From a virus (lineage: Duplodnaviria > Caudoviricetes): a DNA stretch of 52,791 nt. Below, piece by piece: positions 37,417 through 49,200 of the stretch (positions within the stretch are counted from its first letter, which is position 1; every line of letters begins with the position of its first letter). The notes below the pieces were generated by a model. It made no database searches, was not told where the DNA came from, and saw nothing but the letters and a program-made list of their open reading frames with translations. Location: IMG/VR virus record IMGVR_UViG_3300035150_000010, positions 1 to 52,791 of that record; one strand, given 5' to 3'. Both the position numbers and the translations under genes were made by a program.

Positions 37417-39045
37417 TTAGTAATCCACGTAAGCGATGTTGTTATTTGAACCATTGTCAGTGACCGGTGTGGCATCGCCGATGGATGCAAACAAATTGCC
37501 ATCCCCGTCGCACTGATTACAGTTGGCTGCAAGTGTGATTGCAGTCTGAAGCCCAGACATTCGGTTGTGACCGATAATGGATTGTCCGCAATAAGCGGCC
37601 AACGCTATGCCGACTGTGTTCGTACCGGACACATATTCAATGTTATTACCAACAATAACGTGTGCGCCCACCCCGGAACTAGCAGCAGAGCGCGCCATAT
37701 CAACACCAACGGCACTGTTGCCGTTGAGATATATATTCATCCCCTGCATTAGCATTTGAGATAGGTTGTCTGCACTAATTCCAGCAACCTTCGCATTAAT
37801 ATGACCTCCATGGACTTGCATCCAGGGCTCATTAGCTGTGCTATTCCAAAGAATACCCTCGTTACAGTTCACAAACAGCGGGTTTTGAACCATTAGACCT
37901 TCATACGCACCGACTACTTCAATACCGGTCTCAATAACTGATGCTTTACATGCTCGTATTGTGTTATCTACACTGCTTTTGGAGCCTTCGAGGTATACGA
38001 AAACGCCAGTATTAGCGCCTTCTATTCCACGCATAAGGCATTTTTCGATATCGAAATAACTTCCATTTGTAATTCTAATTCCTTTAGCCCATCCAGCAGA
38101 TGTCGTTTCTCCAGCGAACGAGCAATTTTCTATTGTTCGGTTTATGCTTGATCCTGCATCTGAACCGCTCAATGCATCGGCATAATAAAGATGGATTCCC
38201 GATCCAGAGCCTGTATTGGCGGTTCTGAACCCAATACCCTTGATTAGCACATCTTGCTTGTCCGCCTGCATCTGCGTCGCCGCAGTATCAAAAACGGCCC
38301 GCAACCCGTAGGTTTCGGTGCCAAAATTCAGAATTGTTGATTGAGGCCCGGCCCCTTCAATCACGAAATCGTCAGGCACAGCAATCGTAACACTAACCGA
38401 ATCACAGTCGAACTCCCCGGCCGGCAAAATCACCCGCTTCCCGGTTTCAATTGCAGCGACAATTGCCGCAGCGTTTTGAGCCGCCGTATTCGACGTGCTA
38501 ATCGCAGCGATTGCAAACGGCGCGTTGCCGGTGTGAATTACATCTTCCCACGCGCCGCCAAAGCGGACTTTAAATTCGTCGATATCAGCCGCACCCCATC
38601 CGGACACGTAATACTTGCCGGAACTAGATGCTGGCCCAGAGCCGGATGCCCCTACTTGCGTGTAAAAAATGCCACCGCTCAGGAGGAGCTTTGCGCTTGT
38701 CGTCGTATCTGATTCCGTAAACGAGCCAGTTGGGGCTGTTCCAGAGATATCGATATCGGTTGTGAAATTTGGACTATTAATCGAGGCTTTCTCTGTATCA
38801 AGTTCTTCTATTGCTGACTGCGTATCGCTGGATGAAAGATTTCCTGCAGGAGTGAACGGCGTATTTGTCGCGCTTATTCCTATCGCAGTTCTTGCATCTG
38901 CTTCAGATGCACTAGACAATATTTCAGCAGAGGTCGTACTAAGCAAAAATTGACGGCTATTCCCACCCTGCTCTACGTATAAAGACTCACCTCCTGTCAA
39001 ATTAGCCGTTGTTGTTATGTCAGATAATTTTGCATTAACACCCAT
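37417..39045 (-). CDS. Tailspike / receptor-binding protein with right-handed beta-helix
   Basis: NAAAIVAAI..G..V.LPAG.F...IEGAG..STIL pectate-lyase-like start followed by parallel beta-helix repeats. Confidence 0.85.
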   Translation of the reverse strand: MGVNAKLSDITTTANLTGGESLYVEQGGNSRQFLLSTTSAEILSSASEADARTAIGISATNTPFTPAGNLSSSDTQSAIEELDTEKASINSPNFTTDIDISGTAPTGSFTESDTTTSAKLLLSGGIFYTQVGASGSGPASSSGKYYVSGWGAADIDEFKVRFGGAWEDVIHTGNAPFAIAAISTSNTAAQNAAAIVAAIETGKRVILPAGEFDCDSVSVTIAVPDDFVIEGAGPQSTILNFGTETYGLRAVFDTAATQMQADKQDVLIKGIGFRTANTGSGSGIHLYYADALSGSDAGSSINRTIENCSFAGETTSAGWAKGIRITNGSYFDIEKCLMRGIEGANTGVFVYLEGSKSSVDNTIRACKASVIETGIEVVGAYEGLMVQNPLFVNCNEGILWNSTANEPWMQVHGGHINAKVAGISADNLSQMLMQGMNIYLNGNSAVGVDMARSAASSGVGAHVIVGNNIEYVSGTNTVGIALAAYCGQSIIGHNRMSGLQTAITLAANCNQCDGDGNLFASIGDATPVTDNGSNNNIAYVDY

Positions 39046-39299
39046 TAATAGACTCCTTCAAGTTTCAGATATCCGTTGTATTCTGATCCAAGCCTAAGCG
39101 CGCCCTCATAATCACCTTCAAGAAGAAGGAATGGGCCTAACCCAATAACTTCTGAAGGCTGTCTGTATGTCGTGTCTTCTGTTATCGTGCTCGTATCTTC
39201 TATTCTCTGGGTCGCGTTAATGCCTGCTTCACTGGCAATACGCGATGTCGCATTAACGCTAACCAAATTAATAATGCGCTTGGTTACATCTGTTGTCAT
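39045..39299 (-). CDS. Small tail-associated protein
   Basis: LLLEGD...L.L..E...YLKLE motif; coupled to the tailspike gene. Confidence 0.55.
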   Translation of the reverse strand: MTTDVTKRIINLVSVNATSRIASEAGINATQRIEDTSTITEDTTYRQPSEVIGLGPFLLLEGDYEGALRLGSEYNGYLKLEGVY

Positions 39300-39491
39300 T
39301 TTTGATTAACCCGCATGCTTATGTTTCCATAAATAAATATCAGCATGAATCATAATCTGATCTTGTGGAGTAGCACGGTCCTAAAAATTCTCCTCCGTAC
39401 CATTCACCAGTTAGAAAGAATAGAGACACCTTAATAAGCATGAACAAAGCAATTGTTCCGCCAACCCATTTTAATATCTGGACAGATTCCA

Positions 39492-42400
39492 TTATCTCAC
39501 TGCCTCACGAGCTTCAGGGAATGCATAATATTCAAGGAGAGACCTTAAGATCGGCAATGACCTCCCTGGCATTAAACGACCTATCGCATTGATATCAGAC
39601 TCGGTAAAATCGCCACGTGAGGCCGAACCAACAAGACCGACAATATCCGTTGCCGCGCCAAACGATGGGCCTAGAACAGAACCAACAGTAGAGCGGATTG
39701 CATAGCGCGAAGCTGGTCCTTTTTTAGACCCGGCAAAAGGCGCTTGTAGTGCGGAATAAAGCCCAACGCCCGTCACCTTCTCTCCGATGTTGTTAAACTC
39801 CATCATCGGCCCAAGAATACCGGACCTGTCAACGCCTTCAGCGAGCCACCGGCCAGGATTGTCAGGAATCTCCCGATTGCTTTCCATTTGCTTTGCAGCA
39901 AAAACCATCATGCCAATGCCCATGGAAACCATAAGACCAGAAAGCATTCCGGCTGCATCCTCCTGCACGCCACGCATTAACATTCTTTGATGGGATGCCA
40001 GCATAAATGACTTGAATTGAAGTAACATTCGGCCAGTATTTGTATCCGCCAGCAACGGAGTATCGCCAATCCCCTTGGTCACAATGATGCTGTCAACGTC
40101 CTTATTGACAGCGGCCATATAAATACGCTTGGCATATTCCGCCTTTGCGTCTGCGCCCCAATCGCTCATATGAGCAATACGAATGCTACTGTTTCTGGTC
40201 TCTCCGGCCTCGTTGAATAACTTTCCGATTCTCTCCGCATCGCCCTCGCCGAGTCCTAGAAATGCCATATATTTGCGTTCTTTAGGTGGAAGAGATTTGA
40301 ATCCTTTTTTAAATGCTTGCTCGGCATTATCCAGAATGCGGCTTTGTGTGATCACAGAGGCAAATGATTTTTGAAAATCGTTCCAGTAAACCATGCCATT
40401 CAGTTTTGAAAACCCGGTTGAAGTATTATGAAGAAACCGCTCGAATGGATGGCCGAATGCATATGGGTCTGTCAACTCCGCCAAAGTTGCCATGCGGGAA
40501 TTATTGACCAACTCTGCCGCTGCTCCTGCAAGTTTCGCTTCTTTCACCGAAAGCTTGAAACCCTTCAGATCGGAGATAAGAGGAACGATACCATCACGCA
40601 TCCATCTTCCGACACCATGCACCATGATTGCCCTACCCACATCCGGTAAGCTGGACAAGGTAACGCCGCCCATGGCACGCAGATAATTGAACGTATTCAC
40701 CGCGTTTACGAACCGGCCTGGGCCTGAAATTCTGTCTTGCAAAAGATATGTTCCGCGCAGCCGATCACGTAGCGCTTCAATATCACGTTTGTCTGCTTTT
40801 TCGGAGTCGTTCAGGGCCTTGAGTTGCTTGCGCTTGGATTCCGGTGACAGTTTGCTGTCGGCCTCGACCTTGGCCCGCATCTCGGTATATTCGCGCTGAA
40901 GCTTGGTAATCTGGTCCTTCATGTCGGCCTTGCCGAATTTGCGCGTCATTTCAACATCAGCACCCATGACACGGGCATAACGCCTGCCGACCATCTCGAC
41001 ATCGCTTTCAAGGTAATCTTCGATTAGCTCGTCACTGATATTGAACGTGCGCTCTTTCAACGGGCCGCGCTTGTTGGAAACAATGCCGATAGGCACATCA
41101 ACGTTTTCGCGCCCGGTGATCTTGTTGAAGATTTCGTCAGCTACTTCGTTGATGTAATCTTCGCCCTCAGGGCCGTCCAGGCGGAAGGATTTGATATCGT
41201 CCAACTGGCGCTGTAGATCAGCCACCTTCTGCGCATCATTCGCAGCGTCCGCAATTTCCCTTTGTAACCGGTAGAACTGCTCGTTTGCTGTGTCGCGCGC
41301 CCATTTCCTTACAATGCCCTTAAAAGCCTGCTCGTTGGCCTCAATCTTGTTCCGGTTATACATGCGGGAGAAATAGGACATTGCCGTATCGACGCTGACG
41401 TCTTCCGGCAAAAGACCAGCGTCAATCGCTTCTTTTTTCAGTGGATCAAACACCGTCTCGCGCCACTTGCGCGCGGCCCGGCTGACAAATTCATTGCCAT
41501 CAGGATCAATGTCGCCACGGCGCATGGCCCGCCCGACACGCTCGGAAAACTCACGGCGTGGCATGCGAATGCCTGACTTTTTCATTTCCTTGAAAATAGT
41601 GTCTTGTGCAGACAGGGAGTCACCAACAGCGCCAAGCGTCCAGCGTTTGACGTAAGTCTCAACAGCTTGCGGCTGCGAAATGTCATCACCGGTCATCTTG
41701 AGGTAAACTGACATTTCCGGCAGGTTCGCCGCGACTTCCTTTGCCGCCTTCGACGGAGACCTAGAAAGCCTGATCATCGGATTAAACCCGACATTTGAAA
41801 GCGCCTGTGCGGCCTTTCCATCAATACTAAGCTGTTCCTTAGTCAATCCTTGAACACGAGCAGCACCAACATCCGCGCCATCCTGAAGCCCTCTGGCAAC
41901 ACGGGCCATATCATCGGCACTTGGGCCAAGGTCAGGGTCGGCCACTCTAATTAGGTCGTCGCTGAATTTTGCTTCTAGAGCAGCGCGTTCGGTCACGCTC
42001 ATGAGCTTTGACGTCCCGGCACCGATCAGACCGCCAAGCACGGTTGATGCGGCAATGTTGATCGCGCTTTCTTGTGGCGTCCTCAATTCCTGCGTTGCCT
42101 GTAGGCCAATCTCGGATACGGTCGCATCAAGAGCTGCGGCTCCTGCAACGGACAACGCAGCCTTGCCAACTGCAAAGCCGCCTTTAGCACTGGTCGCAAC
42201 GACACCACCCGGAATAAGGGTCGGCAAATCAATAACGCCAGCCGCCATTGAAGCCAGGAACCCAACACCCCCAGCGGCCTCAAGTGTACGCCTGTCCTGC
42301 GCTTCTCTCTTTATCTGCGCTTTAAGTGCATCAGCATATTTGCGATTTCTTACGTCCTGGAATTTTTCCCAAAACTGGTCATACTCACCGCCAATGATGT

Positions 42401-42629
42401 CAGGGTCTTGCGCTGCATTATACTCCCCGTCATCTGTGTATGGTGAAAACTCCGCAGCTTCGCTTGCAAGGTATGACCCGACAATGTTTTCAGTCCGGAA
42501 AGCAGCGCCAAGCGTCTCCGAAAGTTTAGGTGATGGTTGTTCCGGTAGGTCGTCATAAGTCGTCGTCACCCTGAAGTCATCGGGCAACCCTATGTCTTGT
42601 GGCAAGTTTTCAACTTTGACGACCGGCAT
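39492..42629 (-). CDS. Large internal virion (DNA ejection) protein
   Basis: 1045 aa, helical; YFSRMYN, LLQFKSF motifs; podoviral ejection gene position. Confidence 0.8.
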   Translation of the reverse strand: MPVVKVENLPQDIGLPDDFRVTTTYDDLPEQPSPKLSETLGAAFRTENIVGSYLASEAAEFSPYTDDGEYNAAQDPDIIGGEYDQFWEKFQDVRNRKYADALKAQIKREAQDRRTLEAAGGVGFLASMAAGVIDLPTLIPGGVVATSAKGGFAVGKAALSVAGAAALDATVSEIGLQATQELRTPQESAINIAASTVLGGLIGAGTSKLMSVTERAALEAKFSDDLIRVADPDLGPSADDMARVARGLQDGADVGAARVQGLTKEQLSIDGKAAQALSNVGFNPMIRLSRSPSKAAKEVAANLPEMSVYLKMTGDDISQPQAVETYVKRWTLGAVGDSLSAQDTIFKEMKKSGIRMPRREFSERVGRAMRRGDIDPDGNEFVSRAARKWRETVFDPLKKEAIDAGLLPEDVSVDTAMSYFSRMYNRNKIEANEQAFKGIVRKWARDTANEQFYRLQREIADAANDAQKVADLQRQLDDIKSFRLDGPEGEDYINEVADEIFNKITGRENVDVPIGIVSNKRGPLKERTFNISDELIEDYLESDVEMVGRRYARVMGADVEMTRKFGKADMKDQITKLQREYTEMRAKVEADSKLSPESKRKQLKALNDSEKADKRDIEALRDRLRGTYLLQDRISGPGRFVNAVNTFNYLRAMGGVTLSSLPDVGRAIMVHGVGRWMRDGIVPLISDLKGFKLSVKEAKLAGAAAELVNNSRMATLAELTDPYAFGHPFERFLHNTSTGFSKLNGMVYWNDFQKSFASVITQSRILDNAEQAFKKGFKSLPPKERKYMAFLGLGEGDAERIGKLFNEAGETRNSSIRIAHMSDWGADAKAEYAKRIYMAAVNKDVDSIIVTKGIGDTPLLADTNTGRMLLQFKSFMLASHQRMLMRGVQEDAAGMLSGLMVSMGIGMMVFAAKQMESNREIPDNPGRWLAEGVDRSGILGPMMEFNNIGEKVTGVGLYSALQAPFAGSKKGPASRYAIRSTVGSVLGPSFGAATDIVGLVGSASRGDFTESDINAIGRLMPGRSLPILRSLLEYYAFPEAREAVR

Positions 42630-45292
42630 TATCTATAAAACTTCCCTGACTTGATCGTGTCGCGCATTATCTTTTCAACATCGATTTTCTGTTGTTTTTG
42701 AATTTGATTTTCAGAACCGAATTCTTCGGCAGGCTCGTCTGGTTTATTAAAAGCGGCCCCCCTCACGGACTCGATCTGGGACGCAATCGCTTCTGCCGGA
42801 GTTGACTCCTCTGCAATTGTTCTTTGTTCCTCGGTCGCTGCTCGGCTTTCTTCGATAATCATTCTTAGTTCGTCCTGCGCAGAAGAAATATCCGGAACAA
42901 AATATTCATCCGCCTCGCCAGCACGGTTGAGATTTCCTTTTTCATCAAGATACCAGATCTGATACCTCGGCATTTTTCCGGAAGAAACATCTTTCGACGT
43001 TTGAATATCAGGAACCAAATAGACGCTGCTGTCTGGATATTTTTTACCAGTAATATCTTCTACAGCTGCGCCAACCTGACTACGCACATAGTCATGCGCA
43101 CCACCGACAGGAGGATAAAAGTTTTGCGGCGGGTATTTCGTCACAACAGATGCATCAAGGAAGATATCAGAGACGCCATAAAGCTTGCGCATTTGTGCCT
43201 GTGCCCTTGCCTTTGCAAGTTCACCGTCACCATCTTTTAGATATTCATCGACAAAAATTTCCCTGAAATCCCCAATAATTGCAGCATTCCTCGCATTATC
43301 ATATCCAACTTCAGGACCTGTGAATCTCTGCCCTACGAAACCATAATCAAGAGCTTCCAACACGTCGGAGTTGTTTATATCTTCGGCAAGTTTCCGACCT
43401 TCTTTGACCAGCGTTTCATAGCCCGGCTTTTTAGAATTTTCTCTGTTGTCAATAAATCTCTTAGCCGCCTGTTCCGGAGTGTATCCCTTGTCAATCGTCA
43501 ATGTTTCGAAGTCGGTCGCGGCCTTCATAATCTCAGATGACCCTTCCACGCCTTCGAGTGCGGCTCTATTAATGGTCTTCAGACGTTGCGCGCGCTGCAT
43601 TGCATCAGCGACAGCCTCTGCATTGTTGCTGTTAAGATTGTTCCGAATGTCGTTTGCATATGGTTTTGGCACAACACCTTTTTTCTCTGTTATGCTTTCC
43701 CCAATTTGCTGAGTTCGATCAAGATCGCCACCTTCCGTCAGCTCTTCATAGGCAAGCGTTGCCCGCTTCTTATCATCGGAGTCGTATGGATTTGCAGCGT
43801 TATCATTGGCAGACCATGAAACCGCACCCTGCCTTTCAAGAACTTCTTTCGTTGCGCTCTTTAAAGAATTAATTAGAGCTGCTTTATCGCCATCATCAAG
43901 ACGAGTGTCCGAAAGAATCGTCTTTTGATTAAGGGAAAGCGGATCAGTTGCAATATCAAGAGAATAGGATTCCCTGACATCAGCAGAAACAAGACTTTCT
44001 GTTTTGGAAATTTCCCTTTGTGCGTTTAAAATGATCTTATTCGCATCAACATAATTGATATCAGCGAATCTCGGATCGGCGCGCTCCGGATCAAAATTTC
44101 CGCCACCTGAGCCTTCGACACCAAGTAGAGCAGCCGCTTTTCTCCGGTGGCCGCCCATCTGCTTTTCTACTTTGTCACGAACCGTACCAGGAGCCCCGCC
44201 CGCCGCCGTATCTGACGCATTGTAACGGCCGACACTCCCGGCATTAATCGCTGAATAAACATCAAGAAGACCCATGCCAGGCTGAACGCCAGCGTCACGC
44301 AAATAGCGCACAATCGCACCGTTTGCACCTAGTTGCGAACCTGCCGGGTTTTCCCAATCAACCCCATATTTCCGCGCCTGCGGTTCTCCAAATTGAATGA
44401 GACCCTTATGCCTACCCCACTTTGTTTTCGGTCCTTTTTGGCTAGGGTTGAACGTTCCGCCCGTTTCATAGGAAATAGCCGTCGCCAAGTCCAATGGGTC
44501 AATGCCGAGTGCATTTGCGGCTTCGGTAATACCTCTCGCCAAGATGGGCGATTTTGGGCGCGATTTAGTTGGAGCACTTGCATCCGCGCTTTGAGTCTGG
44601 CGAGTCCCGCCAAGAAGCCGAATACGTTCTTCAGGTGATACGCCATTCAGTGCGGCAAGCTGAGCCTTGCGTCGCCATTGCTTTTTGAGAACGTCCTTTT
44701 CAATATCGGAGATGTTTTCGTCAGGGACAGAATCAATATAGTTGACGCCCTCGGCGTAGTTCTCATCAAAATTATGCGGGTTTGCGTAGAGGTTATTTTC
44801 AATGACGCCCAGACCCTTGTTAAGTTCGTCACCAAAATAACGCCGACGTTCCTTGTGTTCGAATGAACCTGCCCGTCCTGCCAGCCTGTCTTCAACCGCG
44901 AATAGCTTCGCATCATATTGCGGTTTCAACGCTTCCGGCACCGTCGCAAAGAATTCGCGCGCTGCCTTGTCATATTGGCTCGTCGTTACCTCGCGGAATC
45001 CAACCGCACCAGGATCAACGGACTGCTGGCGTTCTTCAAGGGCGCGCTCCTGCTCTGAAACAAATTCAAGAAACCGTCTGTTTGTTTCGAACTGCTGCGC
45101 CTTTGGGACTCTGGTGGCAGATGACGTCAAAGACCCGCCTATGTTCGCGATAGCGCTTCCGGCTTGCTTGATCCCTTGCCCATAGGCAACCATGCCACGA
45201 CCGATTGCCGATGTGTCATAGCTCGCAATCATGCGATTTGAACGGCCGGATGGAAGCCCGCCAAGATCACGATAGGTCGGTAACTTAGCCAT
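42629..45292 (-). CDS. Internal virion protein with lytic transglycosylase-like domain
   Basis: A..LGIDP.DLATAISYETGG...GLIQF...Y.AINAG. Confidence 0.8.
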   Translation of the reverse strand: MAKLPTYRDLGGLPSGRSNRMIASYDTSAIGRGMVAYGQGIKQAGSAIANIGGSLTSSATRVPKAQQFETNRRFLEFVSEQERALEERQQSVDPGAVGFREVTTSQYDKAAREFFATVPEALKPQYDAKLFAVEDRLAGRAGSFEHKERRRYFGDELNKGLGVIENNLYANPHNFDENYAEGVNYIDSVPDENISDIEKDVLKKQWRRKAQLAALNGVSPEERIRLLGGTRQTQSADASAPTKSRPKSPILARGITEAANALGIDPLDLATAISYETGGTFNPSQKGPKTKWGRHKGLIQFGEPQARKYGVDWENPAGSQLGANGAIVRYLRDAGVQPGMGLLDVYSAINAGSVGRYNASDTAAGGAPGTVRDKVEKQMGGHRRKAAALLGVEGSGGGNFDPERADPRFADINYVDANKIILNAQREISKTESLVSADVRESYSLDIATDPLSLNQKTILSDTRLDDGDKAALINSLKSATKEVLERQGAVSWSANDNAANPYDSDDKKRATLAYEELTEGGDLDRTQQIGESITEKKGVVPKPYANDIRNNLNSNNAEAVADAMQRAQRLKTINRAALEGVEGSSEIMKAATDFETLTIDKGYTPEQAAKRFIDNRENSKKPGYETLVKEGRKLAEDINNSDVLEALDYGFVGQRFTGPEVGYDNARNAAIIGDFREIFVDEYLKDGDGELAKARAQAQMRKLYGVSDIFLDASVVTKYPPQNFYPPVGGAHDYVRSQVGAAVEDITGKKYPDSSVYLVPDIQTSKDVSSGKMPRYQIWYLDEKGNLNRAGEADEYFVPDISSAQDELRMIIEESRAATEEQRTIAEESTPAEAIASQIESVRGAAFNKPDEPAEEFGSENQIQKQQKIDVEKIMRDTIKSGKFYR

Positions 45293-45295
45293 TTA

Positions 45296-45841
45296 TCACC
45301 CGTACTTGTAAGCAGAACTGCTTGTTGGATACGTACTGGCAAAAGAGCCTATGCCCGAGGCGAACTTGGAAAACCCGCTGGCAAGCGATCCAATCATTGC
45401 ACCTTGCGCAGCGTACTTTGCACCCTGAACAATTGCCGCGCCCTGTGCCCGGTTCCCGACAGCTTGCGCATCGAGGCCTGCGCGCCTTGACGATCCGCCG
45501 TAAGAGGCCATCATTTCTTGAAGCGTCCCGTATTTTTCGATATCTGATCCGATTTGCAAAACTGTCGGATCTGTCGCTGTGAACCCGCTTGCAGCAGATC
45601 TCGCCTGAAGCGCAGACAGAGCAAACTCTTTTTCCCTGCGCTTCTGAAATGCTTCATACTGCGCGGCCGCCTGCTCTTCCTTACCCTTGATCTCAAGCTG
45701 TTTTGCCTGATACTCAAGGTTTGCCTGTTGCGCTGCCGCTTGTTGTTTGATCCCCTGCGCCTGAGCCGCGCCGCCAGCAATAGTGGCAACACCGCTGACA
45801 AGAGAGCCAATCGCACCGGCCGCCGCCGCTAATCCAGCCAT
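45296..45841 (-). CDS. Internal virion protein (T7 gp14-like)
   Basis: Ala/Gly-rich hydrophobic termini around a Gln-rich coiled coil. Confidence 0.75.
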   Translation of the reverse strand: MAGLAAAAGAIGSLVSGVATIAGGAAQAQGIKQQAAAQQANLEYQAKQLEIKGKEEQAAAQYEAFQKRREKEFALSALQARSAASGFTATDPTVLQIGSDIEKYGTLQEMMASYGGSSRRAGLDAQAVGNRAQGAAIVQGAKYAAQGAMIGSLASGFSKFASGIGSFASTYPTSSSAYKYG

Positions 45842-45847
45842 ATCAGA

Positions 45848-46216
45848 TCACCCGTTTTCCCAGCGCATTAGAACGCCTGATCTTTTGTCTGTCTTAAAAC
45901 CAAGTCGCTCAAGCCATTTCCTAGCCATTGGTTCTTCTTCATCAGGAACGGCATAGACAAAACGAAGCCCCATCTTTCTTGCCTCATCCATAATTTTTCT
46001 TGCCGTCTTGGCAATCGTCACCTTATATGGCCTGGCTTCGTCCGTAATATCAAAGAAAGCATACCATCTTCCATCCAATTCACGCGCAAGACCGAATAAA
46101 GCTATAGGTTTCCCATCTTTTTTTGCTACAAATGCCTTCATTGTTGGCTTCGGTGCGTCGTTGGAAAAAAATTCGACGTCTTCTTTAGTCGCTTTTTCTA
46201 TGGAATTAACGCTCAT
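45848..46216 (-). CDS. GNAT-fold internal virion protein A (T7 gp13-like)
   Basis: DGKPIALFG...ARKWLERLGF. Confidence 0.7.
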   Translation of the reverse strand: MSVNSIEKATKEDVEFFSNDAPKPTMKAFVAKKDGKPIALFGLARELDGRWYAFFDITDEARPYKVTIAKTARKIMDEARKMGLRFVYAVPDEEEPMARKWLERLGFKTDKRSGVLMRWENG

Positions 46217-49200
46217 TCGTGGTCACCCTTGGGAGAAGTGCCATAATTGTCGCTGGTCTTGGGGCTTTTGCTCTTACGTATATTCTTGAATCCTCGTCGT
46301 AATCTCCGTCAAATGCATGCGCGAACTTGTCGTATTCAGAGAAAATCTTGTCAGCATCGACAGTTGAACCATTATCAATGACTCTTGGCATTGGGTCTAG
46401 ATGACCTGTATCAGATCCCATAAATAATGCGTTGTTGTGTGTCTGGCTCAGAATAAGCGCAATTCTGTCAATGCGCTTGACCATGGTCATCGCTGTCGAA
46501 CCCTGCACGCCATAGGCAAGCTTTGTCGATTTATAGTCAGCCCTATATGGAAGCCCGCCAACGACATGCTTTACACCGCTATCGGTCATCGTCAGGTCGC
46601 CGCCAGTATCGAGTGATAACAGAACTTGGTCACCACCAGTGTCGTCAGGCGTAAGGTCTTTCCCGTAACTGTTTGATTGACCGGTATCATTCCCCCATGC
46701 CGCAATTGTCTGCCCGCCGATATGCTCGGCAAAGTCAGGGATTAAAGCGGTTGCCCCTGTATCCGTGTAACTGACAGCGCAATCCATCAGCCATGACAGT
46801 CCCGTGTCGCCTTGGCATTCAGATTCCATCGCCCACTTTTCCAAAAACCTCCGCGTTACTCCGTTGATTGTTCTTCTGACATGATAATAAACGTTGTCTT
46901 CCACATCACCCGGAAGCACCATGGCACGCTCGACGGCGCTATCTGATCCGGTATCGGTAACCCATTTAGACCATGCGAGAACCTCTTCTTGAGGCTCATA
47001 CGTCAAAATTGCCACGGTCCCGTCAGCCAAGACGCAATGAATCCTGGTATCCGGTTGCCTTTGTATGGCGATTGAGACGACGCCGGTCCTCAATACATCC
47101 GGAGTAAGAATCGTTAGTTCCGTTGACTCATATTCATTGAATGAACTTGCGCTCGTACCAATTCCGAACAAATAAAGCCGTTCTCCGCTGCGCTGTATGA
47201 AAAGCCCTCTATTGTCCATTTTCATCGCTCGCAAAGTCGCTGACCCTTGCGTCGAGAATGCATTGGCTGAGGCGTTTGTAGGGGTTAGCGTTTCATCGAT
47301 GGAAGATGACTTGATTGCGATTTCGCTTCCAGAAGTTCCGGCAACAAGACGCAACAGGGAAAGAAGATATTGAATCGCGTCAACCGGGCCAGAGCCAAGC
47401 GTTCTGGAAATTGGAGCCGATTCACCTTCAAGGGTAGCGTCGAAGTTTTCATAGTCATCAGAGACACTGCCCCATACATTCGCAGCCCCGGCATGCCACA
47501 AGCGGCCCTCGTGCAGGGCAACTGCTGTCGGGTATCCGCGACGTTCCGACCACGCCCCCTCGCGCCAAACTTCAGAGCCGCCCGTATCTGAAAACTGATC
47601 GATAACCTCTACGTTTACCTGTTGATTGGTGACATAGTCAGTAACTTTAGCGCGGCCGGTAACGCTACCATTCTTATAGGTGATGGAAACAATGGCCGCA
47701 CCACTTGTATAATTCGACATTCTCACACGATAAAAGACGGTGACATTGTCATCTTCATCGTCAATCGTCGTCGTAAACGTTCCAGTATCCGTCGCGTTTC
47801 CTGAGGTCACATGTGATTTTGTAACTTTCTTGTAACCAAAATCAGGGCTGTCAAATGATCTTTCTATTGTCAACTCGCCTGTATAGCTGCCACTGGCAGA
47901 AACGACCAAACGACGTTCGTTTTCCGCCGTCGGTGTTCCAGTGTCATTGATACCGGTTACCTCAATTACATTTGTTTCCGCATCTGTGTAACCAAGCGCA
48001 AACTCTCCAGATTGACCATTGTGCGTGATCTCAAACAGGGACCCGACCTGTGAACTGCGAAAGAATGGAATATCTGAATACAAAACGGTGTTACCGTATT
48101 TGCCGGCAATACTGAGTTTCGCGTTCGATGTACGTCCGGCAAGGAATGGACCGTTATCAGGTTCATACTTTACAACCGACCAGCTGCGCCCCGTCCCACG
48201 CCTCTCGATCTTGTATGGAGATACCCCAACGCAATCCGCGTAAACAATATCAGCCGATTGATCGTATCTTATGGAATCAAGATTAGAGGCGGCCCACGGC
48301 GTTTTAATCTCAACCGTTCCAGAATCACCAATAGAGAGAGATTCAACAATTCGGCTTACGTCATTCGCTGTTTGTAATGTAATATAAAACGTCCCGGATG
48401 GCACGAATGCCAGGTTATGATATCCTGTCCCAATGGATGTCTCGGATACATAATCATCATCACCATCCGTTGAGCCAACACGAATCGTTACAGGCCCACG
48501 ACCGACGTGAATATCTAGTGAGTGCTCAACCTCACTGTCTCCGGTATCAACTGTTACGGTCTTTTTCGCTCTTGCTGTTGACCCAATCGCCCCGGAATTC
48601 AGAACGAGTTTCTGGTTTACAGCATTTGTTGAAAGAAGTTCAATTTCAGCCAGTTCAACGGCTGCACCTGAACCATCACCAGCCGCGTTTCCGGTGTCAG
48701 TCGAAACCACCAAAAGACGCCAATGTCGCCGCGCCTCAACAGTCCCTGTATCAGATCCAGGAAGGGTATAAGTCCTTTGCTCGCTTACCCCCCAATCGAT
48801 TTCAGAGGTGCGCTCATCTTCAAGCGTCCACTTGCCCGTATCCGTGGCGTATGTTCCAGTGTCATAGTCCCCAGTGATAAGCCTCCACGCTCTTGGCGCA
48901 TTGTCCAGAAAGGTTGCTGCATTTGCGCTTCGGATTGTGTAGGAGCCAACGGCAACGTAGTTTTGTGTTTTCGCACCGGTATCAAGATCAACATTCAGCC
49001 AGCTTGGAGTTGCTGGTGTCGTCGGGCTTCCGGTATCTCTCCAGAAAGTTCCAAAATTTCCATCTGCGGCATTCCACGGAAGACCACCAAAAGCCCCGGC
49101 ATCTGTCGATGATGACGCTGTAATTTTAACGCGGTTGGTCGTCTCCGAAACCATCATTGGAATTATTGAACTTGTTGTCGTTGCCGCATTCCCGCCAATG

